From an archaeon (GTDB lineage: Archaea > B1Sed10-29 > WALL01), in assembly GCA_042584585.1 (NCBI GenBank), contig JBHOSQ010000002.1, positions 1 to 64,000 on the forward strand: DNA of 64,000 bases, written 5' to 3'. Shown here piece by piece: positions 40,801 to 50,800 of the stretch. The notes under the pieces are model-generated. The model had not been told where the DNA came from. It saw only the letters and a list, made by a program, of their open reading frames with translations, and did no database searches. How positions within the stretch are numbered: the first letter of the stretch is position 1; each line of letters starts with the position of its first letter. Both the position numbers and the translations under genes were made by a program.

Positions 40801-43800
40801 GGCGTTGACGGCGGAGGCACGCCAGGCAGCTGGTCAAGCACAGTGTGCGGGATTAATGCCGACCGCACCGGGCCCACGAGCCCGGTCTACAACGCGACCG
40901 GAACACAGGGCAATCCGGCGACTGACTGCGTGCACATTCTTGAAGAAAGGGGAGCGGTGGCGAGCGGCGTGTACTGGATTGACCCACTGCAGGACGGCGG
41001 GGGATTCGAAGTATACTGTGACATGCTTACTGACGGCGGCGGCTGGACGCTCGTGGACAACGACGCGGTCAACGCAGAAGTATTCCTTTCCCGTGAGCCA
41101 ATAGCGAACACCGACCCCGGAATAACAGCTGGCAAGTATTTGCAGGAGTGGGCGTGGGGCCCACAGCCAAGGCTCATGGTCAAGAGCTCAGTGTACAATG
41201 GAGACTTGAACTGGGTTACGTTGATTCCGTTGACTGCGTTTGCCAACGAGTACCCGACCGTGACCACTCAGCCGACCAGCGAGCCAGACGCGTGGGCGGC
41301 GGACAAGCTGAACGGCAACATGTGGAACGACGGCGGCTCCTGGATTTACTCCGGGTCAGGAAGGTTTGGCTCGGTGTGGATTGGGAACGGCGGCGCGCCC
41401 ACCGCAGCGTGCAACTACGCAAGCACGAAAGTGAGTGGGCTCGGCACGTACGCCAACGGTGACGTCTCGACGTGCTCTACTTGGGTGCGGCCGCGTGACC
41501 CACCAGTGCCCGCGAACAGTGTTTCGTTCGAGTGGACCCAGGGCGACTCGAACCTAGTGCTTTACATGCCGTTCGAGGAAGGCACTGGAGCGGCGACGGA
41601 CGACTGGAGTTCCAGCGAAAACGACGGCACGAAGATTGGGACCTGGACAACAGGGAATACAGACACATACACTGGAGGCGCACTGAACTTTGGCGGCAGT
41701 AGCGAGTATGTAAATATTCCGTACGACGCGAGCCTTGCACCCGACCAGCTGACGGTCATGGCGTGGTTCAACGCGGACGCCTTTGTCAACAACCAGAGAA
41801 TAGTCTCGAAGACAGAGGGTGGCGGATACCAGTTAAGCATTAACGAAGCGGCCTGCCCCGGAGAAGTATGCATGCTCGTCCATACTGGGAGCTATCACGT
41901 TGTCAGCTACGCACATTCAAACTTGAACACTGGCCAATGGCATCACATGACAGGAACATACGACGGCAGTACCGCGAAGCTGTACATAGACGGCGTTGAA
42001 GTAGACTCCAACTCAAACCCCAGCGGCAACATTGTGTACAACGCGAACAACCCCTTGTGCGTCGGGGCTGAAGCCACTTCAAACAGCTGCGGCGGCGGGT
42101 ACCAATTCCTTGGAGAAGTCGACGAAGTCCGCGTGTACGACACGGCACTCACGCAGCGCGAGATAATCGATGCGATGCAGTCGGGTGTAATAGGCCACGG
42201 AGTGCTGCGGGCCGACAACAATGCAGGAGGCGCCACGTACACGCCTGTCGGCGGGCTGATTAGCGCCACCAGCGGCACACTCGCGCCAGAAGACTATGTT
42301 CAAGACTTCTGGCTGGAGTTCGACTCCATGGAAGACGTGAGCGGCGGCGAGGCGTGGGAAGTGCAGTTCAAGGACGGTGGCGCCTTTGAGTACATTGTCG
42401 ACAGGACATCGCTCACCAATGTGCGGCTGCAGAACACTGCTTGCGGCGGCACGCAGCAATCATTCACCGCGCCAATCGGCCAAGGAGTGTGGGAAAACAT
42501 AGACATAATCAAGCACGGCGCCGACATTATGATTTATCAGGACAACGTATTCGTCGGCGAGACGACCCTCCAGTCCTGCAACGACCCATTCGACACAATC
42601 ACAATCAGCGGCGAAGGAATGAAGAACATCAGGCTCGTGCCGTTCAACTACGACAACGAGATTACCGACACGGTTGCAAAGGACGAGACCGGGCCCAACA
42701 CGCCAAGCGCGCCGACTGTCACGGCGGTGTCAACCAGCAGCCTGAGTGTTGATTGGACTGAGGTCACGGACAACGGCGACGACTGGTTCCACGTTGTTAC
42801 TGCATGGGACGACAACGGGAACGACGACAACATACTCAACAACTGGCCCAGCATCAAGGAGTACTACGGGCTTGCGGGATATCCCTTCTGGAGCGACGCC
42901 ACGCTCCGCAGCAGCGGGCGCGTTGAGCCCGGTGAAAGGATAATGATACAGTTCTACGAAAAGCTCCACCCCCTCTCGGCCGCGGACAGTGACTGGGTGA
43001 GCTGCTACATATATGAAACCGGGCCATGGGCAAACTCGTGCAGCGACTCAAGCGCCGCCACAACATGGGACTGGGGACAGTGCAACCGCATCGTGGGCAC
43101 TGGCGGCACGGACTACGTGGTCGGCTGCTACCACGGGCCCAACAACGAGCACACCGCAGACGGCGCATATGTGCGGGACCTACGGCTCCGCAAAGTCCAC
43201 GAGGAAACCGTCATCACAAACACAAAAGACTACTACGTCGCCGGGACGAGCCTGAACGCGTGGTACACGAGCGGCGCGCAGGCCGCGGGCAGCCTCTCGA
43301 GCAACACGCAGTACTGTTACACTGTCAAGGCGCGGGACAACGGGCTCAACGAGGGAACGGCGAGCGGCTCCGGGTGCAAGTACACCTTGCCGGTCGACCC
43401 GACGTTCTCGGTGAGCCACACCGCGAGCCAATGGAGCGCGGACGACACCGTGGAATTCACGGTCAGCAACTCGGACGGCGCTACTTACTACTACGTTTGG
43501 GACCAGAACCCGGGGACAAACCCAACCGGTGGGACCACGTGGGACGGGACACTGCTCACCAAGACCGCGACTGCGGACGGCAACAACTGGTACCTCCACG
43601 TTGTGGCGGAAAACCCGGACAACGCCCAAAACCCGAATGGCGCAGAGCACCTCGGGCCGTACTTCATTGACACGACCGGGCCGTCGAGTGTTAGTACAAC
43701 TGGCGCCCCGGCGGGATGGCAGAACACTGACGCCAGTGCGAGTGTTTCGTGCAGCGACGCGAGCAGCTTGTGCGACTCGGCGACTTACAGGGTTTACAAC

Positions 43801-44328
43801 CGCGGGTCGGCGGGGGCGTGCTCGACGACGTACGGCGACTACACGCAGACAGTGGCGTATTCAGTAACAAGCCAGCAATGGATTTGCGCGGCCGCGAAGG
43901 ACAACGTGGGCAACACCGCGTACCAGGCGACTGCCACGGAATTCATGGTCGACAAGACCGCGCCCGGCGCGCCTGCATTGACAGTGGTGCAGTACACCAG
44001 CGCGACGTGCCCAACGTTCCAGTGGGACGAGGCAGTCGACACCGGTGGCTCAGGAATAAAGGACTACGAGCTTGAGGTCGCGAGGGACAATAATACTTGG
44101 GTGACAGACCCGGTGGGGCTTGACAACGACGGGTTCGACACCGGGTGGATTGCGCAGGCGACGTACTGCAATGGTGTCTCGTGCTCGTACACCCCAAGCA
44201 CAACACACGAGTGCTCAGCAGGCATGTACGGCGGGGGGACTGCTTGCTTATGCCAGGGCGCATGGTACTGGAGAGTGAGGGCAAGGGACGCGTCACAAAA
44301 CGAGGGGCCTTGGGCAGAAGAAGAGTGA
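34822..44328 (+). CDS. Giant secreted adhesin A (3168 aa): Asp-box beta-propeller, FN3/Ig-like, 2 LamG, fibrinogen-like, CBM-like domains
   Basis: Signal peptide; STDAGQTW Asp-box; LVGYWPFEEG...FDGSIDELRVY LamG; YCDMLTDGGGW; repeated YTD-L--NT-YCY-V-ARD FN3 motifs; no C-terminal TM. Confidence 0.88.
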   Translation: MKWLFVFVIALLLVTVTVEALGTEITLKTSYASADSPGGGPGAKNVWRDRDGFYHIIFHDGTNDKLYYTYSTSTEPTSAAHFITPVIIFNSAERGSMWLDVSSGIIHLAYAEVDASPRLVYAKCDTDVGCTSGWTSVGTIYNGQTYGLASIVYQQYTDMVTHYITHFVYVKDTLRYRVYYRDYDTARISPYWGTEQIVDNLPSGTTQRYVHPSIDRDTSGRIHLVTRTWVDGGALSTRKCLYTASTDAGQTWKNLAGSVGYNDLLSSNYVEACSINVPSPAKSSSYQVPHVAIEGASSHTQWHTKGSALTGGTWSTPWSYYTSYANWGNLGSDINGNTFYSYSRRNGVVGYVYARQRNNAGAWQTQDTLHASGNSAHQVMEAHAPLCSRGDIGVLYGATGTSTLYFRTIDGAYSECNTPPTLSSVTVSTDPIQGGGEQTVTPSGQGDADSDPLKFVCCIGEGASCTPTTGNTVCNEGQTTYSSPYSSMTCTYDATAGATQSEAAYCRTYDGTEYHMEVGGANDAYDVDSDAPVTTDNGVADNCYGGDWSLTLSPTDAGAASVDWTKYCVDDVSNDCTPSTTGTSVPTDCGAGNACDVYVRYQSQDTVGNLESVKSSGNISIDRAPPNPSSITGIVPSAGQLAVTASQVTDVGCWGDNWYYFTCASGACNDRTWTLNDWTHTDVGLAPATEFCYTITVRDGATNTGSASSQVCGITPGNQPTSMSATASIAAPLNSERGNVDLSWSANSNPGGTIYSIERDQAWIANTTSTTYTDTAGSDNTEYCYRVRAAHPSGSYGSYSTEECAMTADRTSPATPSLTAAADNVLNQVNLSWDQGDDNLVGYWPFEEGSGSSTDDWSPAGGDGTLQGPDWISGQYGRALDFVLANTDYVDVPSGALLDLSAGTNSFTIVGWINPDLSQDVGPIISTRDVINGVVTKGYGFETNINTANGMKVNSLRLVLGTPAWKWNVWGSETNSLVPGSWQHVAVVVTGTNTASKTVQFYIDGVESNTYYWTASTETDVLLWGDNPLSNRIGGYYPATYPPYGVGYFDGSIDELRVYAGKAFTQEEIFNDMESGLITHGVHRGATSWEYGPADGLADNFSDGDYTNDPTWTVPVGTWAVSSEKLTQSFTGGGWTKITAGSSSWDDYVFSVKVKPTTITETYPNVGLMLRAQNSNTYYGIFHHQDDNTWRVYDYQDAAYIFTSSAMSLAMNEWHELKAKVVGDNLKFYVDGVLVADLTDSTMSTGYIGLLTLYTAAEFDDIKVTPLIADDEYGDSGAADTTAPNNGATPTIDQIAINSMRVNWGTSADNGNTWYHYITAFDDEGNEDNIFHDGGCEKGTNPCYFKAGSLVSSGYTVDSSVAYTGGYSVRQDTSSSTKYFGSDFIIGTDIEPNTDYIAECMVKTALSAGYARIYPEHQFTTLHFNSVSGTTDWTRIHTSFTSGASGDVRLLRYTMGTATGQTWWDDCTLHKLTETTVTTGVGSDDYYVYNTVGSGDGGTNSSWQATPYTDTSLSANTQYCYKVRARDNAGTPNVGDFGSQTCKWTLPEDPDAICTSGHVAGTWSSNNDPSFTIDGDANAYHYDWNGASSDTITTGDSTITSPHTFTDTADGTWYLHLISANPDGAVNPGGTQTFSVGGWKIDATAPTSVSTSGGTAGWQNTAASAGVSCSDATSGCDTSTYRVYNRGSAGACDTNYATYTQTVPYSVTSQQWICAAAKDNAGNVKYQGTATEFQVDMLDPTTSDNADTVTCHNIDQTVTLTPGDTGGSGLADTDYCVDTGNSCTPTTSGTSASVTCADGGYCQQYVRYFSTDTAGNTETVNSVGTIKIDKAPPSTPSITVITPGSQQIALTSSVVSDVGCEGGVQYYFDCVSGACNDRTWASGNTYTDTGLADNTYYCYKVKAKDANNKETVLSAQQCAWTTTPAPTLDSVTAEEDGLLVAQKDSLLIDWTGNGATSYDLERTTDTTTVYSGGNTDYTDLNLDDNSEYCYHVRGVDGGGTPGSWSSTVCGINADRTGPTSPVYNATGTQGNPATDCVHILEERGAVASGVYWIDPLQDGGGFEVYCDMLTDGGGWTLVDNDAVNAEVFLSREPIANTDPGITAGKYLQEWAWGPQPRLMVKSSVYNGDLNWVTLIPLTAFANEYPTVTTQPTSEPDAWAADKLNGNMWNDGGSWIYSGSGRFGSVWIGNGGAPTAACNYASTKVSGLGTYANGDVSTCSTWVRPRDPPVPANSVSFEWTQGDSNLVLYMPFEEGTGAATDDWSSSENDGTKIGTWTTGNTDTYTGGALNFGGSSEYVNIPYDASLAPDQLTVMAWFNADAFVNNQRIVSKTEGGGYQLSINEAACPGEVCMLVHTGSYHVVSYAHSNLNTGQWHHMTGTYDGSTAKLYIDGVEVDSNSNPSGNIVYNANNPLCVGAEATSNSCGGGYQFLGEVDEVRVYDTALTQREIIDAMQSGVIGHGVLRADNNAGGATYTPVGGLISATSGTLAPEDYVQDFWLEFDSMEDVSGGEAWEVQFKDGGAFEYIVDRTSLTNVRLQNTACGGTQQSFTAPIGQGVWENIDIIKHGADIMIYQDNVFVGETTLQSCNDPFDTITISGEGMKNIRLVPFNYDNEITDTVAKDETGPNTPSAPTVTAVSTSSLSVDWTEVTDNGDDWFHVVTAWDDNGNDDNILNNWPSIKEYYGLAGYPFWSDATLRSSGRVEPGERIMIQFYEKLHPLSAADSDWVSCYIYETGPWANSCSDSSAATTWDWGQCNRIVGTGGTDYVVGCYHGPNNEHTADGAYVRDLRLRKVHEETVITNTKDYYVAGTSLNAWYTSGAQAAGSLSSNTQYCYTVKARDNGLNEGTASGSGCKYTLPVDPTFSVSHTASQWSADDTVEFTVSNSDGATYYYVWDQNPGTNPTGGTTWDGTLLTKTATADGNNWYLHVVAENPDNAQNPNGAEHLGPYFIDTTGPSSVSTTGAPAGWQNTDASASVSCSDASSLCDSATYRVYNRGSAGACSTTYGDYTQTVAYSVTSQQWICAAAKDNVGNTAYQATATEFMVDKTAPGAPALTVVQYTSATCPTFQWDEAVDTGGSGIKDYELEVARDNNTWVTDPVGLDNDGFDTGWIAQATYCNGVSCSYTPSTTHECSAGMYGGGTACLCQGAWYWRVRARDASQNEGPWAEEE
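39742..43953 (+). repeat. Intragenic duplicated ~95-aa module (about 39742-40029 and 43669-43953) closing two tandem super-repeats
   Basis: GWQNT-ASA-VSCSDA-S-CD--TYRVYNRGSAGAC---Y--YTQTV-YSVTSQQWICAAAKDN-GN--YQ-TATEF-VD in both copies. Confidence 0.85.
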
Positions 44329-44332
44329 TACA

Positions 44333-44893
44333 ATGGCTAAGAAGAAAAAGATCAAGGTCGACCCCAAAGTTTGGTGGGTGGTCGGAGGAATAATAGTGGT
44401 TGCAGTCATAGCAGCGGCATTCCTCATGGCCAGCGACCAGGGAATAATCAAGCCAATCACGATTCCGGGGCTGCCCGCGGGCCCGGAGCAGCCAATAAAG
44501 CTGTGCGACTACAACGGCGTCTGTGACGGCGTGGAGACGCGCGAGTCGTGCCCCGAGGACTGCATCGAGCCGCAAGCGCTTTCAGTGGAACGGGACGAAG
44601 AGTCCCCTGTGACTGACTCGACGCCAACAGTCGAGATACTCATGGAAAGCGGGACCGGCGTCGCGTCTTGTGGGACGGGCACAAACGACGCCACGCAGTG
44701 GGAATGCGTTGTGGAGGAGCCGGGCGCAATCAGCACAATGGTGCGGTGCACGCTACTGAATTATCATTTTGACGGCAAGTACATGCTTGCCTTGCGGTGC
44801 AAGGACAACAACGGCGCTGACTTGCCCATGCAGCTCATTGACGACACAACGGTTTGTGCGGACCCCGTAACCGGATGCGGGAGGTGGCTCTAA
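44333..44893 (+). CDS. Single-pass membrane protein with Cys-rich extracellular domain
   Basis: KKKK then TM helix; CDYNGVCDGVETRESCPEDC motif; between the two giant genes. Confidence 0.75.
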   Translation: MAKKKKIKVDPKVWWVVGGIIVVAVIAAAFLMASDQGIIKPITIPGLPAGPEQPIKLCDYNGVCDGVETRESCPEDCIEPQALSVERDEESPVTDSTPTVEILMESGTGVASCGTGTNDATQWECVVEEPGAISTMVRCTLLNYHFDGKYMLALRCKDNNGADLPMQLIDDTTVCADPVTGCGRWL

Positions 44894-47800
44894 ATGAAGT
44901 ACGCCGCATTGTTCGCGCTGCTTTTGATGGTCAGCACAGCCTTTGGCTTATTGATAGTTGACTGGAGCCCGCCGGACGGGACCATAACGCTGTACGACAC
45001 ATGGAACCAAGATGTTAGCTACGGCAGGGGATGCAACAGCCCAATTTGTGATAACTACCCCCCGGGCGTGGACGGGCAGGTCACCGTGAACTTCACGAAC
45101 GTGACTGATGCATACGAAGGGCAAGCAGTCGCCGTGGCCGGACTGGAGAATTGTTGGATAACCGACTGTGAATTGCTGGACAAGACCGGCTGCCCGGCGT
45201 GCCCGTACGTGAGCTGCGAGGCGTATAGCCCGGACAACGCATTCTTTAACTACGGCGACCCCGTGGACGGGTCAAGCGTCGACTGGACCACCATTGAGGG
45301 CACCGGCGACCAATACGACACCCACTTGGCACACGAGCTTTGGACCGAGGGGCCCGGCACCGACTGGTCGCCATCATGGCCCACACTCCTCCCGCAACCG
45401 AACGAAGGCGTTAGGACGATTAAAGCAATTTGCGCAGACAAGGCGGGCAACATTGCCATCCAAATGCAAGACGACATTTATGGTGACTTTGTGGACCCAT
45501 ACGCCACGATTAGTTACAGCGGCGGATACCAATCAAGCACCAGCATAAGCATCACACAGACTGCCTCGGACCAAGGCAGGAGCCCACCACCGGACCCAAT
45601 AACACATGACACGCAACGGGACCGCGCCGTGATGGCGGACGGAGTGCTGGGAGCGTGGGAAGGCTGGTCCACCATTGACACCAGCGGCACGAACTTCAAT
45701 TGGGACGGGCCGGACTGCTACGGAGTCAAGCTCAGGTACCGCAGCCACGACGTTGCGGACAGGTATAGTGATTGGGAAGACCCAAGTATTACAGTATATA
45801 TAGATACTAACACCCCTGGTGCAGTTGGGTCGCTCACCTCGACCTCGCACCCCCTTGGCACCACTGCGTACGCGAACCAGACCGCGACATTCACGTGGAG
45901 CGACCCGCAGCCGTGCAGCGGGACGCAGTACTACGCGACCGCGGTGACGCAGAGCTCGTCGCACTCGTGGACTGGGACCGAGCCGACGTCGGCCGGCACG
46001 AGCAACGTGACGACCGGGTTGGCCGAAGGGACTTGGTACTTCCACATCCGGTCGCGGAACAACGCTGGCACGTGGGGGACCGCGGACTCGTTCATGATTA
46101 ACGTTGACTTGGGGGCGCCGACGCCGAACCCCGCGACGGTTGCGAGTGTGGTCGTGGACTCGGACACACAGGTGACTGTCACCGCGACCACGGCGACTGA
46201 TGCGTTCGCCCCGATTTATTACCGCGCGAACGAGACGACTGGAAACAGCGGCGGCACGAACTTCACGTGGCAGACAGGCACGTCGTTTGTTGACGGCGGG
46301 CTCGCAATAAGCACGCAGTACTGTTACATTGTCCAGTACAAGGACAAGTGGGACAACGAGGGCGCGTGGACCACGACACCAGTGTGTGACTACAGCAATG
46401 CAGCGGTGCCCGGGGCGCCGACAGTGACTCTCTTGCCAGAGAGCAGCCCATTGAACAGCGGGCTCACGATGGCGAACATCGTTATCGACGAGAACGGGAA
46501 CCCGGCCACAGTGCTCTACAACATAAAAGACGTGGCCACCGGACTCCACGTACAGGCGGACGGAACGCTTGGAGCCAGCGCAGCATGGATGAGTTATGTA
46601 AACTGGGGCGGCTCGAGCGGGATTGACGTAACGCTCGAGGACGATTTTGTGTACTCATTCGCTGTAAAGGCGAATGGGGGCGGAGGGGACTTCAGTGCTT
46701 ACGGACCGGCGATTACTGTGACAGCATTGGACAGAACCGGACCGTCGCCAGTGGACTTGACCGCGACAGCGGACATCGCAAACAACCGTGTCAACTTGAC
46801 GTGGCCGTGGGCAAGCGATGAGATAGCACCGGATATTGACTCCGGATTGGTTGGGCACTGGGAGCTGGAGGACAACACGCTTGACAGCTCAGGCAACGGG
46901 CACGATGGAACCAACCCACTGGGCATTTCATGGGTGGACGGGATACAGGGACAGGCGGGCCACTTCGTAAACGGCCGGACGGCGACGGACATAACCACTA
47001 ACTACTTGCCCTTGACGGTGAGTTTTTGGGTCAAGGAAGACGCAAACACATGGGAGTCCTCCGCCGCAATCGGAAAGCGCGACGGGTCTAGCGGGTGGAT
47101 GTTTTACCGCAATCCCACGTGGGGAGACGGCAACCTTGGGCTCTTGACCTATTACGTAAACACTGACCCCATCACCACAAGCTACATCAACTACGTTTAT
47201 GGGCTCAACGACGGCAATTGGCACCACATCGCGTTCACCATTGAGAACGGCGTGACGACGACTTACAAGGATGGCGTGCTGAACGAGCGGTACGTCATGC
47301 CTAACTTCGACTACTGGCTCAACAACTCCCAGGGCATAAGTCTTGGCTCCGAAAAGGCGGGTAGTGCGAGCTGGAACTTCGACGGGTACTTGGACGACAT
47401 GCGCGTGTACGACCGCTTGCTCACGGAAGACGAAATAAAGGCTTTGACACTCGTGGGGCAGTGGCACTTCGATGAAGGCACTGGCACGGACGCGTTCGAC
47501 GCGAGTGGGTTCGGAAACGATGGGACGATAACTGGAGCCACGTGGGCTGACGGCGTGCACGGCAGCGCGCTTGACTTTGACGGGGCTGGCGACTACATCG
47601 ACGCTGGCACCGGGAACGGCTTTAAGATGGAGGACGGCGCCTTCACGTTTGAGGCAATGGTCAAAAGCGATGGGGGGATTGAAGCTTCTCCAGTCATTAT
47701 GCAAAGAATGTATAACGGAGACTGCGGCGGCTCATCCAATAGCGATGCCATGCGGCTTGGGACCACCCACACAGCCGGCTCTGGCAACCCCGAGTACCCA

Positions 47801-50800
47801 CTGTTCTGGGTCAGGGACAAAAACGGCAACTCGGCGACCGCCACCTCAACCGTCGACATAAACGACGGCAAGTGGCACCACGTGGCAGGCGTGAGGACTT
47901 CTTCAACAATATACATTTACGTTGATGGAGTTGAGACAGGCACTGCCTCCGCAAGCAGCATCGGGGAGATCTGCCCAACAAACCCGTTTGTAATCGGCAG
48001 GCACAGCAGCTCAGCCCAGCGCTTCAACGGAAAAATTGATGAGGCACGCGTGTGGCGCAGGGCGTTGACAGCGTCGGAGCTGCAGTCGCGCGCTTGGTAC
48101 ATGCCGTTCAGGTCTGCGATGCTTGAAGCGAACTATGATGCAATCAAGGGCGCGGCCGACGACTTCAGTGACGGGGATTACACGAGCAATCCTGTGTGGA
48201 CGCCGGGCATCGGTGGGAGCACATGGGGCGTCGAGAATGGGCAAGTGTTTACACAAAGCACGACCGCCTCTGAAAGCTCGCTCACGCTCACAGAAAACAT
48301 CGCGGCGGGCGAGCCGTTCGTGATGACCGTGGACAAGGTCACTGACTGGGCTGAAACCGGAATCCATGGCGGAGGACATTACATACGGCAATACACCGCA
48401 GGCAATTACCAAGTCTCGGGAGTGACCATACCCCACGCCTATGCCCAGCACTGGCGGCTAGAGTTCGACGGCACGACGTACAGGTTCTACTTGAACGACG
48501 AATTAATCCGCGAGTGGGCAGGCAGCAGTAACGGAATATTCGACCTTTATGACGACAGGAACGCTGCGAGTGGCAAAGTGTACTACGACAACGTCAAGGT
48601 TTATTCGCTGCAGGGCAACAGCTACGAGGACACTGACGCAAGCGACACCGAAGCGCCCGACACGCCAGGCGCGCCGACGCTCACCGCGTACAGCACTTCC
48701 ATACTAGGAGTCGCGTGGACAGGTGTGAGTGACACCGGCAACGACTGGTTCCACTTTGTCAAGGCGTTTGACACAACTGGGAACGAAGACAATTACCACC
48801 CGAGCAACGGGCTGGTCAGCTACTGGCCGCTCGGCGACGGGAGCACGGGCAGCGCAGACGGCGCGGTGACGCTGAACCGCGAGAGCACGGACCACGGAAC
48901 TGTGTACGGCGCGACGTGGGTCGATGGCGAGTACGGTAGTGCATTGGACTTCGACGGCGCCGACGACTACGTCACCATCGCCAACACGCACGCATTCGCG
49001 AACGACGACTTTAGTTATACCTTGTGGTTCAAGGCGGACACGCCGCAGGACAACTGGCAGGGCATTATGCTCCAGAACAACTACCACACCGGCGCGCCGA
49101 ACACGTTCTTCGTAGCCGCAATCAGGGGCACGAACGACCCGCCGAACCAGGACAAGGTGCAGGTGTACGACAGGTACAACGGCATCAACGTCGCCGACTA
49201 CTCGGACGGGCTTTACACCGACGGCGAGTGGCACCACTTGGCGGTCACTTATGACCGTGACGGCATGAGGCGGTTCTACATAGACGGCGCGTTCCAAAAA
49301 GAGACAGACATAAGCCCGCACATCGCCATCGCGTTCCAGACCGCGCCGCTGCAATTGGGGCGGGACCTCACTGGCGCACAAGGCGGAACCACCGGTGGAG
49401 TATACGCGTACGATGGCTCGCTCGACGAGATATTGATGTACAGCCGCGTCTTAACACCTGAAGAAGTCGCGGGCATCTACCACCGCGGCTTGATACAGCA
49501 AAGCACGGTCACGACCGGGATTAATGACTACTACGTGAACGGCACCTCACTGGACCAGTGGTACACCACATCACCGCAGAACGCGACCAGCCTCGGTACG
49601 AACACGCGGCACTGCTACAACATAACGGCGAGGGACAACGCGCTTAACGTCGGCAACGTGGGCGGCACGCAGTGCAACTACACGCTCGCGGTCAAGCCAA
49701 GCATCCTGGCTGGGTCCATGGTCTGCGACGGCAACACCAGCAGCGGGTACAAGTGTGACGTTCCCTTCAGTATGGGCGACAACCCGCTTTATACAGAGTA
49801 TTATATAACCGCGACGAGCACCGACGGCGGAACAGGATTCACGGACTCTGGGTGGATTACGGTAAGGGAGACCTATGTTGATACGGGCCTCGACCCGCAC
49901 AAGACGTACTGCTACAAAATCAACGCGAGAAACGGCGACGGAACACTCACCGGCCAGTACACCCAGGTGTGCAAGACCGTAGCCAACAACGTGCCAACGC
50001 TGGGGAGCGCGACCGGCAACACGGATCCAATCAAGGGTACGGCCCAGCAGACGCTTACAATCGGCGGGGTTGACGACCTGGACCAGGAATTGCTATACAT
50101 CCACTGCTGTACGGACGAGGCCAACACGTGCACGCCAACTAACATCAACGACGTGTGCAGCAGCAACGATGCCCATCCATACTCGTCGCTGTCTTGCTCG
50201 TATGCCACTGGTGGCGTGACGACTCGGACCGAATACGTGCGGTGCGTCACAAACGACACTCATGACGTTTCCACGCCGGTGACGAGCGACTCTTACCTCG
50301 TTGACTCGGTTGCGCCGACGACGACGGACAACCACAGCGCTGGCAGCTGCAACGCCGTCGACCAAGTCGTGAGCCTTTCTGCTGGCGACGATGTTGGAGG
50401 AGTCGGCGTGGACTCGACGCTGTACTGCGTGGACACGGCAAACACTTGCAACCCTGTGACAAGCTATTCGGCTCCGGTGACAGTGACTTGCTCGGCAGGC
50501 ACCGCGTGCACCAAGTACTTGAGGTACAACTCAAGTGACGTGGTGGACAACCAGGAAACGGTCAACAGCGCTGCCGTCCAAATCGACAAGTCCAATCCAG
50601 ACGACGGCGTGATAGCGAACATTGTGTCGCTCGGCACGGACAGCCTTAGGGTCACGGCCACCGCGGGCACAGACGACGGGTGCGGAAACTCGAGCCTGCA
50701 GTACTACTTCACCTGCCAATCCGGCGCGTGCAACGATGGCACGTGGCAAAGCGGATTGGTTTATGACGACAGTGGGCTGTCGCCGGCGACTGAGTATTGT

